Source of the DNA: Anolis carolinensis
Lineage: Eukaryota
Reading direction: 5' to 3'
Length of the DNA: 64,000 bases
Assembly (NCBI RefSeq): GCF_035594765.1
Contig: NC_085841.1
Coordinates: forward strand, 226,083,326-226,147,325
A program made the position numbers and the translations under genes. Under the pieces are notes generated by a model. That model was not told where the DNA came from, ran no database searches, and saw only the letters and a program-made list of their open reading frames with translations. This document shows positions 26,501 through 37,752 of this stretch, piece after piece (position 1 is the stretch's first letter; each line of letters starts with the position of its first letter).

Positions 26501-26886
26501 GCAAAGAAGAAAGATTAATCTCTTTAGCATTTCAGGAGGCGAAAAGCTGAAAATACTTTCAAGTGGAACCTAATCTACTATTTTAGCAAAGAATGGTCAG
26601 CCAGAGCAATGTCACAATCCTCAGTAATATCCAATTGCTGGAAAATATTAGCACAACCACAGGCAAATAAGATCAGAATGCCAGTTCTGCATTGATTTGC
26701 CTGTTGCAGTTAGTAGCACTCATTAAAATTAGTGAGTGATGCACTTAAAGGACAGAACATAAAAAACTAAGAATTAAAATACAAGCCATGCTGGATGAAA
26801 CCAAAACCCTCTCAACAATATCCTCTTTCCAACTGTGGCCAACAAGATGCCTGTGCTCAAATGATATCTGATAATTTCAACTATTG

Positions 26887-27412
26887 AGACCCAGTGTGGT
26901 GGAGTGGTTTGAGTGTTGATTTTGGAGACCAGGGACTTCATCACACTTATCAATTTAAGTGCCCTAGGATGCTTGCCAGCCAGTTGGGGATGGATGGGCA
27001 TTCAGGCCATCACACAACGTTCCTCAACATCCAGCGGAGACCCTGTCCCCAACTGACATATGAGCATCTTAGGACACTTCTTTGTCAACACAGGAAGGCT
27101 CCTGTTGGTTGATGCTTCCCCCATGTGATAGGGAAAGTGTTGCCATACCTGCCATTTCACCATGCTTGCTGGCAAAATGGCACGAGGGACAGATGACAAC
27201 AATGTGTGATAAGCTCCTAGGATTTAAATAAGGTCCTCAGGAATGGAAACCTACTAGATGACCTTCTGCAGGTCACACTCTTAGCCTCAGAGAGCAGCAA
27301 AAGCAAATACCCCTCTTGAACAAACCCCCTCTTGAACAAACAAAACCCCATGATAGACTTACCTTAGGATCTCCAATACCTGGAAACAACTTGAAGACAC
27401 AATGTCAACTAT
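26887..27412 (+). mobile_element. Old tRNA-head/RTE-tail SINE split by a MITE
   Basis: Head GTGTGGTGGAGTGGTTTGAGTGTTG (26887-26931); remainder 27218-27412 ends ACTTGAAGACAC. Confidence 0.65.
26932..27217. mobile_element. Old PIF/Harbinger-like MITE
   Basis: Ends GGACTTCATCACAC and GTGTGATAAGCTCC; shares GATGCTTCCCCCATGTGATAGGGAAAG-type blocks with 29541, 49890 and 57955. Confidence 0.55.
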
Positions 27413-27619
27413 AATACAACCAAAGGGGTTTATCTACTCATCAAAGAATATAACCTGTTAGTATAGATTGTGCTTCTTTAACCAGCATGATACCATTAGC
27501 TGCCAATCTCAATTCAAACAACTTCCATGACTGCTTGTACTGCTTGTACTCAACCCACAAGTTGAGAACCACTGGTCTATTTCTTTCTGTTTTTGTGTAT
27601 AGGTAGATAATATGGATAC

Positions 27620-27832
27620 AGATGACACTATAGGTTATTGGACGCTGTTCTGAGTTCAAATTGTTGTTTTATGTATTAGTGGTTTCATTTTGTATTGTAC
27701 TGTGTGTTTGTTTTATGCGTTGTTTTAGGCACCTTGCACCATATGTAAGCCATCCCGAGTCCCTTTAGGGAGATGGAGGCGGGATACAAAAATAAAGTTG
27801 TTGATATCATCATCATCATCATCATCATCATC
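27620..27832 (+). mobile_element. L2 3' end with (CAT)n tail
   Basis: GTAAGCCATCCCGAGTCCCTTTAGGGAGATGGAGGCGGG...AATAAA then (CAT)n at about 27806-27832. Confidence 0.8.
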
Positions 27833-29540
27833 ACACAGATACAGATATAGATAAAGCAATTGAACTTCAGAGATCTAAACCAAAGTTAGTCAATCTTTTA
27901 CCCTGAGATTATTGTTGCAGTACAACTTCTACCATACCTTACAGTTGGCTATGCTGGCTAAACCTCATGGAAGTTGTAATCCAGCACCATCGGAAAGGCC
28001 ACAGATTCCCCACTCCTGCCCTACACTTTTTGTTATTTAGTTTGTGCATAAAATCAGGTCCTAACTCTATCCTGGTTTGTTTTAAGTTGTCATGCCAATA
28101 AATTTGATTTCAGCACTGAAATCAAGGAGTTGGAGGAGATGGTTTCATGGCTTCGATGAAAAAGGTTTTGGGCACCTGGAAGCAATACACAGCCAATGGG
28201 GTAAATAAGACATCTGGGTTACAGCTCATGTAGCCGTCATTTAATAATGTGTCCGATCGTTAGAAGATTGCTTGTGTTGTCTGATGTGATGTGATTTTAT
28301 GTACCAAGCAAAAAGAAAGGGGGTTAATTTGAACAGTTGCTAGCCTCATCTTTTTTATTTAGTCCTTCAGTTTTACCATTTCACACAGGAAAGGAATTGA
28401 AACATGCCTTTCCTAAGATAGAAACACATGAATTTTAAGAAGCAGTGTATACTACCCACCCATACAACTGTTTTTAAGAGATGAGCAAGAAGGAACAGCC
28501 AGAAATAGGCAAAGAATGAAGGAATATGGCCAGCTGTGGAATGGGAGTGGGAGAGCACAAGCAAGAAGGTCAACCAAGGTGGCGAACCCTTGCATTGCAG
28601 CCTGTTAAAGTTTATTGTTAGCATGCAATACATTTCAGCATGTTATATTATAAGGAGCTGCATACCACACCACGGTTTCCTACTGAGGTGACAGAGAGTC
28701 TATTGCTTATGTAGATCCAGCACTGATAGTAGGTACTAAAATTCAGGAAGATTGTGGCATCAGTCCACAGTGTTTGTTTTGCTTTTGCTTGAAATCCCAT
28801 TTGACAAGTCCTCTGCCACTGTCTATCTTTCTCTTTCTTCTATTGCTCCCTCATATGCTCCCCCACTCCCGGTACAGTTAGCATTTTAACAAGTCTTTGC
28901 CTTCCTGGTCTTTCCTCATGGAATATTCTGCAACTGTAGTATTTACCAAAGATAGAAAATCCTTGTGTTTTGGTCCCTGTGAGTAATAGCTGTTTTGTCC
29001 CTATTTAATGGGGGGGGGGGGGTTCATTTTTCTTTGTTTCTGCCACTTTGCCAAGGCTTTTAATTTAAAGAAGTAGAGGTATGTAGCTGCAGGATGTTGT
29101 TGGACTGCCACACCAGTCATCACTCAATTTTTGTTGTGCTGGTTGGGTGTGATGGAGTTGCACTCCAACCATATCTGGAGGACCATAAGTTATCCAGTTC
29201 TAGTTTTAATAAGTTCCCCATAATCCAACCCATCGTGCCTGGGGAAAAATTGTCTCTCTAGCCAATTGCTAGGTCATTCAGTGCAATTCTATGCTTTCCC
29301 TTTCTGGGAATCTCTAGGTTCTCCAGCACAACTCAATATCACGCTGGGACTGGAAGTCATGGCTTTTAATAGCATTCTGAATTGTCTGTGATTTCCAGTA
29401 ACCACAGTCAGGAATGTGTCTCCTGTGGATCTTACTGTATTCAGCAATATATGAACACTAGTCTGATCAGAATAATTTATATGTCTCTCAGTTGCTCCAT
29501 ATGCAGGGAAGACCCAAAATTTGCTTTGGGTGAGATTCAT

Positions 29541-29885
29541 GACCTCATCAGATGGCTCCAAATAAGTGTCCTAGGATGCTTAGAGCCAGCTTCAGAGATG
29601 TAGTCATCAGATGATGTCGCCTGTGGCTCTGCACCCAACCTCCCCCAACTGGGGTAAAAGTGTTGCCAGACACTTTCCCCTGCAACATGGGATGCATCCT
29701 GAGTTGTGTTTGCTCCATGGAGCCAGCACGAGCCTCCCTGAGAGGGTAATGCTTTCCTCATATGATGGGGAAAGTGTTGCTAGAGGGAGCGGCTCGTGGG
29801 GTGACAGATTCACCCAACGGCTCCCTCTTTCATCCCCAGAAGCCAGGTGACACGGGTCGCTTCTCCTGGCCTTTATGATAGGGTC
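29541..29885. mobile_element. Old PIF/Harbinger-like MITE
   Basis: Ends GACCTCATCAG and TATGATAGGGTC; internal CCCCAACTGGGGT and GGAGCCAGCAC blocks shared with 49890-50131. Confidence 0.6.
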
Positions 29886-30673
29886 GATAGTGACAGTTTC
29901 ACGAAGTCTGGAACTCAATTAGCCTTATCAAATATAATGGAGGTCCAAATTTTTGTTTGACCCAAGGAGGAACTTTCTAATTCACTCCTAATTTCATTTA
30001 ACTGAAATCCTTTATCCCTTTCTGTTATTTCAACAAAGGAGTTACAGAATATCACTAAGATGCCCTTCAGGGAGTTGTGAAAACTTCCTAAAGCAGGAGC
30101 CAAAGAGGTGAGAGGCACCCATACGAATTTTGTGATTTGCATAGCTCTGATAGGAGGCCCTTGAATTCTTCTTGGACTTGTTTGTCTGCTTTTTTTTCAT
30201 TAACAGGCAAGTTAGGAATAATTACAGGATGCACCTGGTTATCTTGTAGGTGTCAATTTCCAATCCCCACTCCCTCTTTGAATCGCTTCTCTCTACTGCA
30301 GAACTGAGAAGAAATCGCATTTCTAGTAATATAATATGCGAGTTGTGACAGAAAAAGAACTTGGATTTTCTTCCCACACCCTGCCCTCAACAGCAAACAT
30401 TTCCTTATGCGAAAAATTAGAGTAACATTGCTTCACAAAGTGAAGACTTTGTGAATTCACGAGGGAAGCAGGGACACCTCACTATTTGCTATTGTTCATA
30501 ATCATTCACCTGGACAAGCTTAAATTTTGTGTGACATACACTGAATGAGGTCATTGTTAAATTTAAACAAGAATATATTTTAATGGGACATACATGAATA
30601 CAAAATATATCCCCCCCTCAACACACAATTGTTTCCTCTGCTATCACATTTTTTAAAAGATGATGTCCACTTA

Positions 30674-30830
30674 GGGTGCATCTGCGCTGTGGAGTGAATG
30701 CAGTTTGACACCACTTCAATTGCCATGGCTCAGTCCTATAGAATCTTTGAAGGAGGGGTTTGGTGAAACATCAGCACTCTTTGGCAGAGAGGGCTAAAGA
30801 CCTTCTGAAACTATAACTTCCATGATCTCT
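30674..30830. mobile_element. Old palindromic MITE (GGGTGCATCTACACTG family)
   Basis: GGGTGCATCTGCGCTGT...GCAGTTTGACACCACTT; related copies near 7845, 10445, 32593, 46831, 56390, 59940 and 63436. Confidence 0.65.
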
Positions 30831-31299
30831 ACCTTGATACCAACCTCTTAACTGAGCAATATAAGTGACAGTACAGTAAGACTGAGATAATCATGTACCA
30901 GTTGATGATATTTTTATGTGCATATGTCCCAGTGCATGGATTTGCTTTTACTAAAGCCAAGGCAATGTGCTTGCCTTGTAAATATTCCTGGTACAGCACA
31001 AATGTGCTTCACCCTGCTCTCTATAACATAGGCTGGTTGATGTAAGTTCCTGATTACCTCATTTCTTGTCACTTAATCCAGATAAACATAGAATGGATGA
31101 TAGTGGAAGATGACACACTCCATTATTTCCCTTTGTTTCTCTCCAGGCATTTGCTCCTGGCCACTAGCAGAGACAGGAAACTTTCTCTTGGAGGAGGATT
31201 GATTTTATCAAATTGGGATGTTCTTTTGTTGGAGTTTCTACTAAAATAACAACACACATACACAGTTTACATTTGGTTGACAGAGGTGCTAGAGGTTTA

Positions 31300-31300
31300 T

Positions 31301-31350
<50 letters not shown>

Positions 31351-31560
31351 AATCATTTAATTACTTATTAATCGCCCTTCATCCAAGATGCTCTAGGCGA
31401 TTTACAAGATAAAATTGTAAAGGATAAAAATACATACATACAAATATTGATAAAATTAACATAGATTAAAAGCTCTAGTAAAGAGCCAGGTCTTGAGTGC
31501 TAGGGTAAAAGGCCCTAACTCATGCATGGCTCTCATATAGGGCAGCAAGGCATTCCATAT
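31300..31560 (-). mobile_element. L2 3' fragment with (TGA)n tail, read as (CAT)n on + (31302-31350)
   Basis: Minus strand GTAAATCGCCTAGAG...GAAGGGCGATTAATAA; upstream TGGAATGCCTTG coding end. Confidence 0.75.
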
Positions 31561-33178
31561 CACTGAACTCAGATTCTTATATTTTCAGCAACAAATGTTA
31601 CAACCTTTTCTGCCTTTCCAGAATAATATAGGAATAACTTGGATGCTCCTGAGGAAATAGACCAATAGTTAATCCCTGTACAACATACAGACAGGCCCTC
31701 ACAAGGATTTGATGCAACCTGCAGAAGCTCTGGGCTTAAGCCTTAGAGAGGGAGATCACATGCAGTATTACAGCAGAGTAGAAATAACTACTCCCTCCTC
31801 CAAGTGTTTTACTTCTACATGCTTCCTTTACGTATGCACCAAAGTTACCAAACTAACCTGTGGCAAAGGGGGTGCCACCAATAGAGACAGTCAGGATGCT
31901 GGAAGTGCTGGTCTCAGTTGGAAACACGACCTGGGGAAGTTGATGGACTCGGATTGGAAGAGTGAAGACATCTTTAGGGGTATTGGACCTTTATTTAGGG
32001 AAGTTGGAATTTTGGGCTCCAGGTTGTGTTAAAATTGCCTTTGCCACTCTTCCTTTCTCTTTGACTCTGTAAACTGATGGCAAAACTTCCAATTTCACAC
32101 CATTCACTTGTGAGGGAGAAACTTGACTACTCCACTCTTCCTTTTTTCTTTTCCTTTAGCTTGGCTCTATCGTCTTCTCTTCTGATGGGAAAAACCACCA
32201 ACTCCCTACAATGTATTTCCCTCACTTGTGAGAGAGAAATGTAGCTTCACCATGAAGTTGTTGTGGGGTCTTCATAGTGAAGCTCAGTTTCTCCCTCACA
32301 AAGGATGGAAATGAACGACAAAAAGTTGGTAGTTTTTCCCTCATAGGAGAAGGAGGCGACAGAGGCGAACCAGAGGCAAAGAGAAAGGAAGAACAACGGA
32401 GGCACTTCTTCTTTCCCTCAGAAAAGGACTGTAACTTGTCATCACACTGACGGGAGGTGGGCAAATTGAGGCTATTTTGCTTTGCTGCTTGCTCTGAGGG
32501 AAAGGCGCCCTCCCACAAACCCGGAGAGAGGCGCTAAACCAAAGAGGTTTAGCCTATTTAATTTTAGTCCCTTGTTACTGCCACATTGTGCAGGCTTCAT
32601 CAACACTGTAGAAATGATGCAGTTTGCCACAACTTTGACTGCCATGGCTGAATGTTATGGAATCATGTGAGCTGTAGCTTTACAAAGCCTTTACCCTTCT
32701 CTGCCAAATAGTTCTGATTCTTCAGAAAACTACTAGGAGTGTGCACAATTCCATTTCATGATTGGGATTTGGGGAAATTTGGCGATTCAGCAGCCAGACT
32801 GTCAAAAACTGACCAGGTGGGGGGCAGCTGAAAGCTCAGTCAGAATGGACCACATGGTGCTGGATCGTTCAGCTACATTCAGGAGATTCAGCTGCTCCGT
32901 GATTGACAAGAGCAGCTGTGTGTAGGTTTGCCCCCTTAGCCTTGCCAGAACCAATCAGAAGAAGAAAGCAGATCATGTGTTCTTTTGCAGAGCTGGTCTA
33001 TATATACCAGGGTGAGCCCTTTCCATTTTTCTGTGGTGTCCTTGCATCTGAAAGAGAGATCGATTGATCATGTGCTAGCTAGCTCTGTGTTCTATCTCAG
33101 CGCCATTGCTGCTTAGGATCACCTTTTGAGAATTCCAGTCTTTTTCTTCTTCATTATATTATTTCATTTTCTTAGTTA

Positions 33179-33212
<34 letters not shown>

Positions 33213-33214
<2 letters not shown>

Positions 33215-33592
33215 AAAATCCAGCATATCTTATCTTGTTTGCTGTGTCATACAATAAAATAATAATATAATTATAAAAAAAACAACAGGAAAAACTCAGC
33301 CGCTATCAGAACTTCAAGACTGAACTTCAAAGATTCTGGCAGAAACCAGTACAGGTGGTCCCGGTGGTGATGGGCACATTGGGTGCCATGCCAAAAGATC
33401 TTAGCCGGCATTTGGAAACAATAGACATTGACAAAATTACAATCTGCCAACTGCAAAAGGCCACCCTATTGGGATCTGCGCACATCATCCGAAAATACAT
33501 CACACAGTTCTAAACACTTGGGAAGTGTTCGACTTGTGATTTTGTGATATGAAATCCAGCATATCTATCTTGTTTGCTGTTTCATACAATAA

Positions 33593-33594
<2 letters not shown>
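33213..33594 (+). mobile_element. Two tandem R4/Dong-clade LINE 3' fragments in a (TAA)n tract
   Basis: Short 3'-UTR piece at 33213-33260, then 33275-33594 encoding KQQEKLSRYQ...LQKATLLGSA; near-identical to the element at 45781. Confidence 0.85.
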
Positions 33595-33646
<52 letters not shown>

Positions 33647-33890
33647 CCTTTACTTATATACCTCTCCATCTCCTCGAGAGGACTCAGGGCGGTTTCCAGC
33701 ATGTACAAAAGAGTCAGTTGTCAAAACAGCATACAATGGCATAAATAAATAAACATAATAAAAACAATATTATAAAACAGCAGTAAAAACAGTTCAATCT
33801 AAAATGAACACAGTTACAGTACCAATCAACACGAAGGAGTCCAATACAGTTATCAGGGCTGCGAGTTAGACATAATCAATTAAAAGATAG
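33595..33890 (-). mobile_element. L2 3' end with (TAA)n tract (33595-33644)
   Basis: Minus strand GGAAACCGCCCTGAGTCCTCTCGAGGAGATGGAGAGG tail motif. Confidence 0.75.
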
Positions 33891-35569
33891 GTAAAGACTT
33901 GTACTTCAGTGTCTTCCTTATAGTCCTTCTTTTGTTTTACTAATTTCACTAGGGAGGTGTGAGTGGGCATGCATTTGGAGGGGGGGCTGCTGTGAATTTA
34001 AAAGGGGCATTTTTGTGTGTTTGTTTAAACATTTTATACATTTTTTGCTTTAACTTGACTGAGTGTGGGATAGATTTAGGAGGCAGGGATAGCATGACTC
34101 CCTTGAGTCCCCACAAGGAGAATATTATTTCAATTTCAATCCCTCCCCAGCTTCTGCACCAGCAGCCTCCCTCCCTCCAAAAATATGTTAAAATGACAAA
34201 AAGCTCTTCTTCTAGTTCATCTCTTTGACTCTCTGTTATTCTCTCCCCAGCCTTACCTTCTGGCTGTGTGTACATCTGTGTGTACATTTTATGTAGAAAC
34301 TTGTAAAAATTTCCTTAAAATTACTGGATGTCCTGAACATTTTGAAACTTGGGAGGCTTTCAGTCATAAATATATCCTCTAAGTATGGTCATTTTCATCC
34401 TGTTAGCCATAAAAATGACAGAAAGAGGAGTCTCACAAGTTCCCCCATTATCACCAATGGGCTGGATCTTCCCGGAACGTAAATGGAACTTCTGGTTGCT
34501 CGATCACGGAACGGTATTTTAGCCCTCCCGATTTCAGGAATTTCCCAGTAAACGGAACAGGAGCAACCAAAAACAGAACTGAAAGAGGCACTTTTGGGGC
34601 ATCTCACACACCACTACAAACTATAGCTTTCATGATTTCATAGCATGTAACCATGGCAGCTGAAAGGTATCAAACTGCATTAAGTCTACAGCCTAGAAAG
34701 TTGACGCTACCAATTTCATTCTCTCAGTCTCTAAGTTGCTACAAAATCCGTTTGCATGGTGATATTCCAGACTAACACAGCTTTGTGTTTGAATTTGATT
34801 AACAAAGCCTCTCACAACATTCCTTTTTACAAGTACCTTTTATGTCTGTCCAGCAGCTACCTTTCTTCCTCATACTTTACCTTGTTGGATTTTTCTTTTA
34901 GGCAGCATCAGCATTGAGAGAATTGTGAAGGAGGCTGAAGAAAAACATTACGTTTGGTGTCAGAATGACTGTCTTGGAAAAAACAATGCAATGAAGTTTG
35001 AATGGGAAAAAATATTATTCTTCTCTGTCTGTTCCTACTGTATCTGTGATTACCAGGTAAATATAATTCTGGTTGTAGTTTTGAAGATGCCTTCAAGTGG
35101 TCCTTAGAAGATTAAAATGTTTTTCTTTACTTATATAAGATCTAACTGACATGTACATATTGTTAGTTTTGAATGAAAAGATTGCTGAAACATGTTGTAT
35201 TACTCTTCTTTTTTTTGTGCTATAGAATCCCATCCCTATTTATTCCATGCCATTTCTGCTTCTGGTGCCAGATTTTCTGTTTAAGAAGTAACACCTAGGA
35301 ATGCATTTGCTTAATTATCCTTATGCTGTTTGAAGAAATTGATATCTCACCCCTCTAAAGAGTGGGGAGTAGGGTGGGCAAGATAGAGAACAGAATCAGC
35401 CTTCATATTGCTGATTTTTTCAAAGTCTCTCATATATTTTGTCTGTCTGTGAGAAAGTAGAGCTCATGCCATGGGGAGAAAATGTACTGTGGCTTCAGCT
35501 TTGATCGTAGGTTTATATGTAGTTTCTGGGGCATAGAAAACTTTACCACTGGCCAAACCAATTAATATA

Positions 35570-35895
35570 AGTAAAGGTAAACGTTTCCCCTTTAGTCTAG
35601 TTGTGTCTGAATCTGGGGCGTGGTGCTCATCTCCATTTCTAAACTGAAGAGTGGCATTGTTTGCAGACACCTCCAAGGTCATGTGGCCGTCATGATTGCA
35701 TAGAGCACCATTTCCTTCCCACTGGAGTGGTACCGATTGATCTACTCGCATTTTTCATGTTTGTGAACTGCTAGGTTGGCAGAAGCTGGGGCTAACAGTG
35801 GGAGGTCACCCCGCTCACCGGATTTGAACTGCCAACCTTTTGGTCAGCAAGTTCAGCAGCTCAGCGGTTTAACCCACTGCATCATCAGGGGCTCC
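35570..35895 (-). mobile_element. Sauria SINE
   Basis: Reverse complement of the 4550 copy; 14-bp TSD AACCAATTAATATA/AACCAATCAATATA. Confidence 0.92.
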
Positions 35896-36214
35896 AACCA
35901 ATCAATATACATTTTGCTAAAAGGTAGGTTCTGAAATTATAAAGGAGGCACATATGTCAACATCACAAGCTTTGTCCTGATCACTTCTCAAATAACAGAC
36001 TTGAATTGATGAAGACCAAGTATCATCATATTTGTATAATATTTGGAAGTGTAACATACACTTGGTGCTTCTAATGCCAAAAGGGTAATATAATACTCTG
36101 GGACACCAAAGCATTCCCTGGCCTCATGACTCTATATTCTGTATTTCCCTTTTGATTTGTCCCCTAGACAACTGAGCACAAGTAGGAGCAGTAAATGAAA
36201 TGTGGGTCTTTATT

Positions 36215-36400
36215 CATCTTCATTGTTGCTTGTCAACCATGAATTCCATTGGGTTTTCTTAGGTAAGGAATACTGAGAGGTGTTTTTGCCTGTTTTTTCT
36301 CTCTCTGAAATATAGCACTTGGTATTCATTGGTGGCTATCTGTCCAAGTATGAACCAGGACTGGCCCTGCTTAACATCCAGGATCACATGGGGATCTAGC
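36215..36400 (-). mobile_element. 5S rRNA-derived SINE (5S-Sauria-like), decayed
   Basis: Minus strand resembles the 5S internal region (...TAAGCAGGGCCAGTCCTGGTT...CTTGGA...GAATACCAAGTGCTAT) joined to an RTE-like tail. Confidence 0.65.
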
Positions 36401-36446
36401 TCCTGTAGGCAGGGGCGGCTTTAGGTATAAACGAGTGAGAGAGCAA

Positions 36447-36448
36447 GT

Positions 36449-36502
<54 letters not shown>
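36447..36502. repeat. (GA)n microsatellite
   Basis: Seen directly in sequence. Confidence 0.95.
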
Positions 36503-36506
<4 letters not shown>

Positions 36507-36616
36507 GGCAAAAAAAAGTTTACCTCTCTGCCCCAGAACCACCTCTGTCTCCGACTAAATCCCCAGCCAGATGCTCAAGAGCGAGAGGAGCACCCAAACC
36601 TGGGAGAGAGTCTCTT

Positions 36617-37074
36617 GGGGCCGGGCTGTGGCGCAGGCTGTTGAGCAGCTGCAATAAATCACTCTGACCATGAGGCCATGAGTTCGAGGCCAGCCCTTGG
36701 TGGGGTGAGCACCCGTCAATTAAAAATAAAAAATAGCCCCTGCTCGTAGCTGACCTAGCAACCCGAAAGATAGTTGCATCTATCAAGTAGGAAATAAGGT
36801 ACTACTTATAAAGTGGGGAGGCAAGTTTAACTAATTTACGACCTGGAATGAGGAAGTGCCGTCAGAGTGGATGATGAAGCAGTTGCTCCCCCCTGTGGCC
36901 AGAATCGAACATCCCCTCAGAAGAAGGTTAAATTGCCTCTGCATCTGTCTGTCTCGGTCTCTGTTTGATGTGTTTATGGGCATTGAATGTTTGACCTATG
37001 TGTGTATAATGTGATCCGCCCTGAGTCCCCTTTGGGGTGAGAAGGGCGGAATATAAATACTGTAAATAAATAAA
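36617..37074 (+). mobile_element. tRNA-derived SINE with L2-type tail (Squam2/SINE2-1-like)
   Basis: GGGCCGGGCTGTGGCGCAGG head, B-box GAGTTCGAGGC, tail GTGATCCGCCCTGAGTCCCC...GAAGGGCGG followed by (TAAA)n. Confidence 0.8.
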
Positions 37075-37267
37075 TTGCTGCTGCCGCCTTAGCCTTTGCT
37101 CTTGCAGCAGCACCCAGTTTCTCCCGGGGTCCTAACACCCGCCCCTCCTCCTCTTATTGCCAGTTTTTTTTAAACTACCTTGGGTATCTGGCAATTCCTG
37201 GGTTATTTGAAAGGGGCATTGTTTATTTTTTTTGATGTTATGGTAGGTAATATCATATGTTACATGA

Positions 37268-37752
37268 GGCCCCCTCCATACTGCTCCTATATCCCAGGAT
37301 TTGATTGCCTTCACTGCCAGTTAATCTGCGATAAAAAGATAATCTGGGATCAGATCCTGGGAATTAGGGCAGTGTAGATTCAGCCTGATTCCTCTTCCAC
37401 ACTGCTCCTATATCCCAGGATCTGATCCCAGATTATCTGCTTTGAACTGAATTATATGAGTCTACACTGTCAGATAATCTGGGATAAGAAGATAATCTAG
37501 GATCAGATCCTGGGAATTAGGGCAGTGTAGATCCAGCCTGAGTCCCCTTTCACACCGCTGCTATATCCCAAGGTCTGATCCTATATTATCTGATCTGAAC
37601 TGGATTATATGAGTCTACACTGCCAGATAATCTGGGATCAGATCCTGGGAATTAGGGCAGTGTAGATCCAGCCTGAGTCCCCTTCTACACTGCTGCTATA
37701 TGCCAGGATCTGATTCCAAATTACCTGCTTTAAACTGGATTATATGAATCTC
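37268..37752. repeat. Head-to-tail array of four Harbinger-like MITE units separated by TGA
   Basis: Units 37268-37385, 37389-37538, 37542-37673 and 37677 to about 37752 (truncated); complete units end GGCAGTGTAGATCCAGCC (unit 1 ...GATTCAGCC). Confidence 0.85.

Larger units (their letters stand above)
32734..34616. mobile_element. Non-autonomous hAT (Ac-like) element containing nested LINE fragments
   Basis: TIRs TAGGAGTGTGC and ACACACCACTA; TSD AAAACTAC/CAAACTAT (6/8); subterminal CGGAAC repeats; CCCATT..AATGG palindrome shared with 2229-3428. Confidence 0.7.
32593..34697. mobile_element. Old palindromic MITE split by a hAT insertion (halves 32593-32733 and 34617-34697)
   Basis: The two halves join to give the same consensus as the copies at 30674 and 46831. 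Confidence 0.7.

Noticed and set aside
36409-37260. Possible hAT element starting CAGGGGCGGC and hosting the SINE at 36617
   Set aside because: I could not find a matching right TIR or TSD; left unresolved.
37268-37752. CRISPR-like regularly spaced repeats
   Set aside because: Whole units are homologous, with no unique spacers; they are eukaryotic MITEs and no cas genes are present.
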